From assembly GCA_016201435.1 (NCBI GenBank), contig JACQCT010000037.1, positions 14,908 to 78,907 on the forward strand: 64,000 nucleotides of DNA. Reading direction: 5' to 3'. The notes beneath the pieces are model-generated. The model was given only the letters and a program-made list of their open reading frames with translations. It had not been told where the DNA came from and searched no databases. The position numbers and the translations under genes were made by a program. This DNA comes from Nitrososphaerota archaeon. GTDB lineage: Archaea; Thermoproteota; Nitrososphaeria; Nitrososphaerales; Nitrosopumilaceae. Shown in pieces: positions 46,868 to 54,946 of this stretch. Each line of letters opens with the position of its first letter. Within the stretch, counting starts at the first letter, position 1.

Positions 46868-46951
46868 TGACATTTCTGTAAGTTTTATTGACAGTTCTGT
46901 AAGTGTAATGGATAGATCTGTAAATGTTATTGACAAAAATGTACATCATTT
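46868..46951. repeat. four tandem 21-bp iteron-like repeats (candidate operator array)
   Basis: TGACATTTCTGTAAGTTTTAT / TGACAGTTCTGTAAGTGTAAT / GGATAGATCTGTAAATGTTAT / TGACAAAAATGTACATCATTT, exactly 21-nt phasing. Located 27-110 nt upstream of the 385-aa gene start; the last unit overlaps the stop of the wHTH gene. Confidence 0.8.
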
Positions 46952-47224
46952 GAAGGAACTAAAGGTCTTTGCAAATTTTCTTCCGGTTTTTGTTAACACA
47001 ACATTTACCTTTCCTTTTTCGATTACCATCTTGACAAAACCTTTCTGTTCAAGCCACTTGAGATGTTTTAAAAGTCTTGTATAATTGACATTTACCTTTT
47101 CTGCAAGAGCTGTTCTTCCTATTGTACTTTTAATCAGAATCTTTAAGACTCGATTCAATAATTTCCCACTTGGAACGAATTCATTGCTTTGTTTGTTCAC
47201 CATCGATATACCGATCCGCTGCAC
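46946..47224 (-). CDS. small winged-helix DNA-binding protein (92 aa)
   Basis: IGRTALAEKVNVNYTRLLKHLKWLEQKGFVKMV...VVLTKTGRKF: HTH plus wing. Confidence 0.65.
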   Translation of the reverse strand: MQRIGISMVNKQSNEFVPSGKLLNRVLKILIKSTIGRTALAEKVNVNYTRLLKHLKWLEQKGFVKMVIEKGKVNVVLTKTGRKFAKTFSSFK

Positions 47225-47274
47225 ATTTGATATTAAGCACTGTTTAGCAAATCAGCTAACTATTTGTCAATGAA

Positions 47275-47562
47275 TTACAATAAGGATACCGATGACGCAA
47301 ATTCTTTACCAAGGCTATTGAGTTTAAGGAATATTCTACCTTCTTCGACAAATGGTTCAATAAGCTTTTTTCTTTCTAGCCATTCAAGATGCCTTGATAA
47401 CCTACTGTATTGTACGTTTGTTTCAAGCGACAGGCTCGTCCTTTGAATAGCATTCTTATCCAACATAACTTTCATTATCCGTGATAAAATTTTCATGCTT
47501 GGCTTAAAATCCCTTATTTTTTTTCCTTGCTTTTTTTGTATTAATTTCTGTATGTATAACAA
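47275..47562 (-). CDS. small winged-helix DNA-binding protein (95 aa; paralogue of 46946..47224)
   Basis: IQRTSLSLETNVQYSRLSRHLEWLERKKLIEPF...LKLNSLGKEF. TTG start in the track; the ATG at MKILSRIM is also possible. Confidence 0.6.
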   Translation of the reverse strand: MLYIQKLIQKKQGKKIRDFKPSMKILSRIMKVMLDKNAIQRTSLSLETNVQYSRLSRHLEWLERKKLIEPFVEEGRIFLKLNSLGKEFASSVSLL

Positions 47563-47804
47563 CCCCTTATTCTTTCATCAGGACATACGTATGAGATGAT
47601 CATTTCATTAAATACGATATTCGACTTGAACGCTGTTTCTCTTTGATCAAAAATTTTCATTTTATCAACCAGACAAGTTGTACCGTACATTTCCTATTTA
47701 AGGGATATGTATGTATCATATTATCACATGCAGGTGAATTCCGCGATCAGTTTCCATTAAATATCTACCAATAATTTATCAACAGTACCGGACAAATTCA
47801 ACTA

Positions 47805-47966
47805 TTGCCACGCAAAGAATACAAAACCATTACTGTAAAAGTTGAGACTTTTCAAAAATTCCTAAAAGCAATAAACGAAGCAAAGAAGGCCGATCCAGAA
47901 ATTGACAACAGCAAGTTTGTTGACGGACTTCTCAACGGACATGGGCATAGAAAATCAAGATCATAG
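47805..47966 (+). CDS. possible ribbon-helix-helix-like mini-protein (53 aa, TTG start)
   Basis: Hand-translated: LPRKEYKTITVKVETFQKFLKAINEAKKADPEIDNSKFVDGLLNGHGHRKSRS. Strand-helix pattern; there is no ATG in frame. Confidence 0.2.
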   Translation: MPRKEYKTITVKVETFQKFLKAINEAKKADPEIDNSKFVDGLLNGHGHRKSRS

Positions 47967-47997
47967 TTAATGCTTTTAATGTTGTATATGTTATCAA

Positions 47998-48117
47998 GTG
48001 CGAGAGACCAAATCGCTGAAATTTCGCAAAGGTATTTGCTGGTTTTGTCAAACCTCTTGCGATATTATCAGATATGCACATGAAGATTGCATAAAGGATT
48101 ATTTTCTAAGTCAATAG
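47998..48117 (+). CDS. possible Cys/His mini-protein (39 aa, GTG start)
   Basis: Hand-translated: VRETKSLKFRKGICWFCQTSCDIIRYAHEDCIKDYFLSQ. Confidence 0.2.
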   Translation: MRETKSLKFRKGICWFCQTSCDIIRYAHEDCIKDYFLSQ

Positions 48118-48240
48118 GCAGTCAAGTGATCATGCAATAATTTTGTACTTCTTCCATATGCCAGAACCGCTTTCACAACACCTTCTTAATGAACCTTGGA
48201 ATCTTCCTGTAAAATGTTTCACAGTATCAATAACGATTTA

Positions 48241-49860
48241 CTATTTTACGGTAAAAGCGGTCTGGTCAAAATCGATGCCTTGATAGTTACCGCTTATAGC
48301 GTATGTGCCTGCAGGATAAGAATTATCTAGAATTATTGACGTTCCAAAATAGCCAGTACTATCCAAGTTGGCGTTTATTTGTTCTATAATTCCATCTGGT
48401 TTTGTTATTGTCAGAACCACATATCCTCCGTTTGGAGTAGTTATTTTTCCTGATATAGTTTCCATTTTAGGCACACCCACAGTTAGCCTTGCATTTGATG
48501 ACTTTACTACTGCATTGTATGATTTGTCATTGTATTTTACAGTGAATGATTTTCCTCGCTCTGCATTATCCAGCATTTTTATTTCTGCTATGCCTGCCGC
48601 ATCATAATCTCCAAATATTCCTACGTTTGGTTGAAGTTCCAACACCGTAATTGGAATGGAGAATCCATCTATTGATGATGTTCTGAAAAGTCCATTGTTG
48701 TCTTTTGTTAACTTTTGCATTCCGTTGATTTGTAGTGTAGCAACCACGACACCTTGTGGTGCAGGGTTTTGTGTCAATCTGCCACTATGATCAAACATCA
48801 TTTGGGTTAAATTCCCGATCAGGTTTTGCATGGCTACTGTTCCATCTGCATCAGGATTTCCACTTCTGTCAAATGCTTGATAAAACAAGGTATTGTTGTT
48901 CATAGATGTACCCCATGTCCAAGAATCTTCTTCTGTTGGGTCGATGTTAAGTTGAGGGTCAATCAAGTCAGCGTTTACATTTCCTCCTCGAGGCCAAAAT
49001 GTATTATCGCTTACTATTCCAATCATATCTGATGGAATTCTATCAAAAATTAGGGTTACAGCCTGAACACCTGAACCTCTATTGTATTGAACTGTCACAG
49101 TACTAGAAGTTCCAAAGTCATAGAGTTGAATTATTGGCCAAGCGTCAGAAAATGCTTGATTATAAGATACGGGAGCTATTTGACCTACCCGTCTACCAGG
49201 GGAATTCGAGTTGAGCGTTTTATTTTCTCTTACTACATGATTTAGCAAGTTTGATTTTATGCCAATGATACTTGGGACTGCATGATTTACAAGTCCAGTA
49301 CATGTTGCTGAAACTACAGAAGATGGGTTTTGAGAGCCATCTATTGATCCTGGTGCACTTCTTGCAATTGCAATTCCATTTGTTTCAGAGAAATCAACTC
49401 CTGTGGCAATCATTGCGCTGGTAGCAGAACAGAATTTACCAAAATCAAGACCTTTTCCAGAAGCGCTTATTTGAGTCGAGTCAGCAATTTGAGCTTGGCT
49501 ACTATCTGCAAAATATGCATACCAATTCCCATCTGACGCTTGCGCCATCTGTAATCTTTTTCCATTAATCGTCACATCAGGTTCTCCATACGCTTGATCT
49601 AATCTACTAATGTCAGGATCAATTATAATAACCGCAATTACTTGTGGTCCGCCAAAATAGTTCTTGAAAAATGGATTTTCTGCAGAGACATACAGATTCA
49701 GATTAGATGAAATATGTTTTGTAGGTTCATACAATGGCAGTAGTGGCTCCATTGCATTAGCTGGTATCATACTAACAATTCCCGTGCTAACTATACCGTA
49801 AAGCAGTACCAATAATAATATCCGATAGTCTTTGAAGAGTAAATTATGCAATACTGCCAC
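48241..49860 (-). CDS. signal-anchored extracellular ORFan protein (539 aa)
   Basis: N-terminal hydrophobic segment ILLLVLLYGIVSTGIVSMIPANA; beta-rich body; C-terminal Ig-like-looking segment (GKITTPNGGYVVLTITKPDG...GTYAISGNY). Confidence 0.6.
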   Translation of the reverse strand: MAVLHNLLFKDYRILLLVLLYGIVSTGIVSMIPANAMEPLLPLYEPTKHISSNLNLYVSAENPFFKNYFGGPQVIAVIIIDPDISRLDQAYGEPDVTINGKRLQMAQASDGNWYAYFADSSQAQIADSTQISASGKGLDFGKFCSATSAMIATGVDFSETNGIAIARSAPGSIDGSQNPSSVVSATCTGLVNHAVPSIIGIKSNLLNHVVRENKTLNSNSPGRRVGQIAPVSYNQAFSDAWPIIQLYDFGTSSTVTVQYNRGSGVQAVTLIFDRIPSDMIGIVSDNTFWPRGGNVNADLIDPQLNIDPTEEDSWTWGTSMNNNTLFYQAFDRSGNPDADGTVAMQNLIGNLTQMMFDHSGRLTQNPAPQGVVVATLQINGMQKLTKDNNGLFRTSSIDGFSIPITVLELQPNVGIFGDYDAAGIAEIKMLDNAERGKSFTVKYNDKSYNAVVKSSNARLTVGVPKMETISGKITTPNGGYVVLTITKPDGIIEQINANLDSTGYFGTSIILDNSYPAGTYAISGNYQGIDFDQTAFTVK

Positions 49861-49891
49861 ATTTTGTAGAAGGCAATAAAATCTTTGTATG

Positions 49892-50212
49892 CTAAGTAGT
49901 TATTGAATCAAGAAATCTTCTAATCTGTGTTCTATCTGAAAATTCGTTTAAATTTTTAGTAATGGATTGTATTATAACTGAGTACGAATTACCAAATAAT
50001 TCTTTTAGTACATCTTGTAAATAACTCGGATTCTCACAACAATCAGAGAGGTAAGCGTGATACCTTTCTTCTAATCTCTTGACAACATGATCATAGACTG
50101 GTGTTCCATGTTCTAATAGTGCTTGTTCTATAGCCAGCATGACCAGTGCTTTTCTTACCTCTCTCATGTCCACAGCCAATTTATTTTCCAACCCTACAAA
50201 TCTTGCCATCAA
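49892..50212 (-). CDS. small protein, paralogue family B
   Basis: 106 aa; aligns with 40712..41023 (RKALVMLAIEQALLE...YLSDCCENPSYLQDVLKEL...ITKNLNEFS). Confidence 0.5.
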   Translation of the reverse strand: MMARFVGLENKLAVDMREVRKALVMLAIEQALLEHGTPVYDHVVKRLEERYHAYLSDCCENPSYLQDVLKELFGNSYSVIIQSITKNLNEFSDRTQIRRFLDSITT

Positions 50213-50240
50213 ATCTCAATTTGTCCATATGCTAATAAGC

Positions 50241-50290
50241 ATTATCCTGTATTAGATAATAATAACTATTTTTATCCTATTTCAGATAAT
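50241..50290. promoter_or_regulatory. two operator-like palindromes with 30-bp spacing
   Basis: ATTATCctgtattaGATAAT (50241..50260) and tTTATCctatttcaGATAAT (50271..50290), starting 29 nt upstream of the family-B gene start at 50212. Confidence 0.5.
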
Positions 50291-50473
50291 TTATTCCCCT
50301 TTGAAAGTAAAAACCACGAATGAAAAAGAGGTTTTTCTACACATTTTAGACACTATACATACACACTAGAATCAATTGATGAAAAATCCTTTATTGGATA
50401 AACATAGTAATAATTTACCAAAATTGATATATGTCCGATCACATGTCATACAACAGAATATGAGGTACATAAA

Positions 50474-51436
50474 GTGAAAAACAACACAATGAAGCCAAAT
50501 TCCTTGATAACTGAGGGCATACCTCTTCATTCAAAAGATGACTCAAAACTATTAAGTCAATTAACAGAGATTTTATCCATTCTTTCAAAAAATGATGCGT
50601 TAACGATTTTTCTTATGGCTAATGATGGAATAAAATCAGAGATGGATACTCCTGCAAAGATTGGTCTTACAAAAAAACAGTACTATACAAGACTAAAACA
50701 ATTAGTGGATATGGAATTGTTGGTCAAGCATAATGAAATGTATTTGCACACTGCATTTGGAAAAGTAGTTTATCAAAAACACATTCTAGGTCTGACAAAT
50801 AATATAAAGAATTCAAAATACTTGGAAATGGTAGACACACTGAAAGATAATCCAAAATTCACTGATGATGACATAATGAGCTTTATTTCGAAAGTCGATC
50901 CACAAGCTAGCTTTGACTTGGAGGATCCATCGAGAAAAACTTCTGTAATCACGTCCTCTTTTGATGATATGGTTAACAAAGTTTTAGAGGTAATGGAATT
51001 TGCAGAAAAAGAAATCATTTTGATTTCTAGATTTACTAATGAATTAATTATTAACACGATGATAAAAAAGGCAAATCTTGGAATCAATGTTAAGGTACTG
51101 GCAGACGTAAATCTGGTACAGGGCTTCTTTGAAAAAGAGGGTAGCGGAACAAAGATTGATGATAAAAATAAAAACGAACGAATCACTGTTGTAGCTAATC
51201 CATATTATCCCACTCAAATATCTCGCAGATATATTCAAGTTCCATTTTGTGTTCTAATTGTCGATAATAAACATGTGGGTTTAGAAATCATTGACAGTTA
51301 CAATCCGAGCAAATTCAAAACGTCGATTTTTGTAACTGATCACAGACTTGCTGTACACCTTGAAAGCTTCTTTAACACTTTGTGGGTAAAAGCTAGCACT
51401 AATCCTCCACAAATAGCCACAAATACTTCCTACTGA
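50474..51436 (+). CDS. TrmB-like transcriptional regulator (N-terminal wHTH plus C-terminal effector-like domain)
   Basis: HTH region ALTIFLMANDGIKSEMDTPAKIGLTKKQYYTRLKQLVDMELLVK. The C-terminal half (EKEIILISRF...VKVLAD...VLIVDNKHVGLEI) resembles the PLD-like TrmB C-domain; GTG start. Confidence 0.45.
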   Translation: MKNNTMKPNSLITEGIPLHSKDDSKLLSQLTEILSILSKNDALTIFLMANDGIKSEMDTPAKIGLTKKQYYTRLKQLVDMELLVKHNEMYLHTAFGKVVYQKHILGLTNNIKNSKYLEMVDTLKDNPKFTDDDIMSFISKVDPQASFDLEDPSRKTSVITSSFDDMVNKVLEVMEFAEKEIILISRFTNELIINTMIKKANLGINVKVLADVNLVQGFFEKEGSGTKIDDKNKNERITVVANPYYPTQISRRYIQVPFCVLIVDNKHVGLEIIDSYNPSKFKTSIFVTDHRLAVHLESFFNTLWVKASTNPPQIATNTSY

Positions 51437-52417
51437 CTACAAAATCACTTGACTGGTAATTAATCCTAAAAATACCATAATCTGAATTGCAAAAAGACTA
51501 TATCGTAAAGTTGTTCTAGTTTGTTTGATTATTTTCTTATCTTCATAGTACTTTGATACTCTTCTTATCATGAAATAGGTAATTGCACATACAGTGGTAC
51601 TCAAGATCAAACCTAGCATATTTATCTCATGCAAATAATACAAGAGAATGATTAATGACACTATAGCTGTTATCACTAAGTGCATGAGGAGAAATGTATT
51701 TCGTATACCTATAACAATTGGAAATGTACGTCTGCCATTCTGCTTATCTCCGCGTATATCACTGACATCTCCCAAGGGGCCTAACGTAAACCAGAACATA
51801 AAAGCAATAAATGAAGAAATTATTCCAAGATATGAAGAACTATCTGATGCAAAATAACCCATAAGTGAAGCAATTGATCCCCCTGCAGCTGTGACCAATG
51901 TTTTCAAAACAAATTTGTCTTTAAAATGAGTTCTAGGATGAGAGTATGTAATTGCTAATAGCAGAAATACTAGAGAAGCAGCTCCAGTTTGAAGATTTAT
52001 TGAGAATGCCAGTGAAATCGAAATTAAAAAAAATGCAACAGTAGAATAAAGTGTTGCTTTGTATTTTGACGGTTCAGAACTAAATGCTGTCTTTCTCTTA
52101 TTGATTTTATCTACATTATAGTCTGTAAGATCATTGTAGAGATATGTAGCCAATGCAAGAAGATAAACTGCACAAATTAACTTTGAAGCCACCAGAACAT
52201 TTGGAATGATGGGACCTGTCGAAATAAGAAATGTGCCAAGTGACACAATTGCAAATACGTACACTAGTGTCCTGGATCTTACAAGAGTGCCAATTGATAG
52301 TAACATTTGACCAAATCTATGTAGAGAATAATTCGTATCCATTTTGTAGTTAGAAATTCTCCCTCCTTCACATTTTGAGTCTCTATTTAAGGTAAAGTAT
52401 GTATCATGATTCTCCAT
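51437..52417 (-). CDS. UbiA-family aromatic/polyprenyl prenyltransferase
   Basis: Polytopic membrane protein with Asp-rich motifs NDLTDYNVDKINKR and GDVSDIRGDKQNGRRTFP. Confidence 0.8.
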   Translation of the reverse strand: MENHDTYFTLNRDSKCEGGRISNYKMDTNYSLHRFGQMLLSIGTLVRSRTLVYVFAIVSLGTFLISTGPIIPNVLVASKLICAVYLLALATYLYNDLTDYNVDKINKRKTAFSSEPSKYKATLYSTVAFFLISISLAFSINLQTGAASLVFLLLAITYSHPRTHFKDKFVLKTLVTAAGGSIASLMGYFASDSSSYLGIISSFIAFMFWFTLGPLGDVSDIRGDKQNGRRTFPIVIGIRNTFLLMHLVITAIVSLIILLYYLHEINMLGLILSTTVCAITYFMIRRVSKYYEDKKIIKQTRTTLRYSLFAIQIMVFLGLITSQVIL

Positions 52418-52697
52418 ATTAGGACAATTATACTAGTACATTATAACTTTTTAGATAATTATGTTAAAAAAATAAGAATATTATTACGATTTTATCAAGA
52501 ATTATGAAAATTTGTAAATATATAAAAAATGTGATATAATACAATATGATTAACATGAACCAATCGTAAATGCGGTAAATGATCAAAAATCTGACTAATT
52601 ACAAATACAGAGTAGGCAAAAATGTTAGAACTGGTTTAACCATAATTGATAATAATCATCTAAATCTAGTCTGTTTGAACATCTCTGTTCATAACAT

Positions 52698-53513
52698 GTG
52701 ATTAGTTTGAAAAATAATTATGTTCTTGGCAACACATCAGAAGAAATTCAACGTCTTAAAATACAATCTTCTTTGTTTGAGCCAATAGCCAAGGAGTCCT
52801 TGTTGAAGGCAGGCATTAGAAATGGAATGGTGTGTGCCGATATTGGTTGCGGTTCTGGTGATGTTACAAGAATGATTGGAAAAATTGTAGGAAAAAAAGG
52901 GCAAGTATTAGGCGTTGACATAAATAATGATTACATCAAATATTGCAAAGATCATACAAAACAAAGCAATATTTCTTTTGTCTGTGATGACATTACCAAA
53001 TCTGATGACATAAAAAATGAAACTTTTGATATGGTGTATTCTAGATTCATGTTTGTACATCTAACCGATAAAGTGAAGGCCTTAAAATCCATGATACGAA
53101 TAACAAAAAAAGGAGGCACAATAATAATTCAAGAACTTGATCATGCCCCTGATTCTTGGTTGTCTTATCCAAAACGACAAAGTGTTGATAAGTTAAGAAA
53201 AATGTATGTAAAACTTGTAAAAAAAGCTAGAGGAGATCCTCTTGCAGGAAGAAAACTATACAAAATGTTTGTTGATCAGCACCTACACACGACTGTGGAA
53301 TGTTATTCACCTTGTCTTGTAATGGGAAGAGAACCTTACAATACCTTAGGATGGAGGATTGCTCAAAGCTTAAAACCACAAATTCAAAGTCTTGACTTGA
53401 TGAGAGACAAAGAATACAACGAATTATTCAAAGAACTTAAAGAAATGTCAATGGACCCGCATAGTTTTGTATTATATTCTAGACTTTTCAGTGTCATAGG
53501 AAGAAGAAAATGA
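52698..53513 (+). CDS. class I SAM-dependent methyltransferase
   Basis: Motif I VCADIGCGSGDVT. Confidence 0.75.
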   Translation: MISLKNNYVLGNTSEEIQRLKIQSSLFEPIAKESLLKAGIRNGMVCADIGCGSGDVTRMIGKIVGKKGQVLGVDINNDYIKYCKDHTKQSNISFVCDDITKSDDIKNETFDMVYSRFMFVHLTDKVKALKSMIRITKKGGTIIIQELDHAPDSWLSYPKRQSVDKLRKMYVKLVKKARGDPLAGRKLYKMFVDQHLHTTVECYSPCLVMGREPYNTLGWRIAQSLKPQIQSLDLMRDKEYNELFKELKEMSMDPHSFVLYSRLFSVIGRRK

Positions 53514-53616
53514 GTCTGTCTTTTTTGAATATATTTTCCTCTAATCACATATCCTTTGCTGCATTGAGGCAATCACGAGTACGTATAACATACAAATTGT
53601 ATTGCCAGTGTGAATT

Positions 53617-54477
53617 ATGATGGTTCTTGAAGAAACATCCAACGGGAAAATAAATATAATAAAGTATCCGTCTTTGCATCCATCTGACAAGGCAGTGCTA
53701 TGCATTCATGGATTTTGTAGTGATGCAAGAATCTTCAATTACTTCGGAAACCAACTCTCAAAAAATGGATTTAATGTATATAGCATAGATTTGCCAGGTC
53801 ATGGTAATTCATATGGAGAAAGGGGAGACGCTGATTTTGAAAAGTGTCTTGAATCCATAAACGAAATTGTTAGAACATTAAAGAGTACAAAAGTATTCAT
53901 CATTGCTCACAGTCTGGGTTGCACCTATGCACTGTGGTATGCTCATAATTTTAAAAACGCTATTGATGGATTAATTCTGCTATCACCGTATGTACGAATT
54001 CCAACTATAAAGAAAAGAAGTGAGATCGAACCTAGTAACATTCATTTTTTGTATCTTTTTTTACGTAGATTGATAACACCTAGAACTAAGATAATGGCTG
54101 CTCAAAGGTTACCTAACTTTCTAAAAGTTGGTGGTCAAGAGATTCAGCAGATGATGAATGACAAGGATCTTAACTTTCTCTATTCATACCGATATATTGT
54201 AGATGTACTTGCATTACGAAACACAAAGATACAGGCATTATCCGATATAGACATACCATTGCTTATCCTCCACGGAAAAAAAGACAGAAATGTTTTTCCA
54301 GAAATCGGAAAGGAGTTTTGCAATTTAGCAAATAGCAAAGATAAGAAAATTGAAATCCTAGATTGTGATCATTGGTTTTATCATGCCATATTTTACAATC
54401 AAACAGATACCAAATATTCAGATAAATCACGAATGAATGTAATAAACTCTATAAAAGACTGGTTAGTAATGCATTAA
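53617..54477 (+). CDS. alpha/beta hydrolase (lysophospholipase/monoglyceride lipase-like)
   Basis: HGFCSD oxyanion region, nucleophile elbow AHSLGC, C-terminal DHW. Confidence 0.75.
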   Translation: MMVLEETSNGKINIIKYPSLHPSDKAVLCIHGFCSDARIFNYFGNQLSKNGFNVYSIDLPGHGNSYGERGDADFEKCLESINEIVRTLKSTKVFIIAHSLGCTYALWYAHNFKNAIDGLILLSPYVRIPTIKKRSEIEPSNIHFLYLFLRRLITPRTKIMAAQRLPNFLKVGGQEIQQMMNDKDLNFLYSYRYIVDVLALRNTKIQALSDIDIPLLILHGKKDRNVFPEIGKEFCNLANSKDKKIEILDCDHWFYHAIFYNQTDTKYSDKSRMNVINSIKDWLVMH

Positions 54478-54498
54478 AGGACTATTGATTTTATACAT

Positions 54499-54723
54499 AT
54501 GATCATCCAATCACGCAATTCAACAACAGATGAAATGTGGCAATACATAGAAAAGATGTTGTTGCCCTATGATTTGGTACCTACAAAAAATGAATTAACT
54601 CACATCCAGATTTCTGACTTGTACTCCAACTTGATGACAGTTGATGAGCTGTTCAGAATCCTCACACATATTGTCATTTTAAAAAAAGAAGTCGATAGGC
54701 TCAAGCAAGAACAGAAAACGTAA
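54499..54723 (+). CDS. hypothetical protein
   Basis: 74-aa ORF. Confidence 0.35.
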   Translation: MIIQSRNSTTDEMWQYIEKMLLPYDLVPTKNELTHIQISDLYSNLMTVDELFRILTHIVILKKEVDRLKQEQKT

Positions 54724-54946
54724 GGGATTCCGACAATTATTGAAAGTTGTAGAATTTTTGTAACTGATTTACATTGCTATTAGATGTTGAGGATAAATTA
54801 CCCATATTGCTTCCTAGTTACCTCTGACTTTATCGCACTTTCAAACAGTAATAAACTTCGCTTCATTTTGTTCTAGCATCAACCCTTCTGTTATTTAACA
54901 CACATTTTCCGTAGGTATAATAATAATTGAAAATCTAACTTTTACT

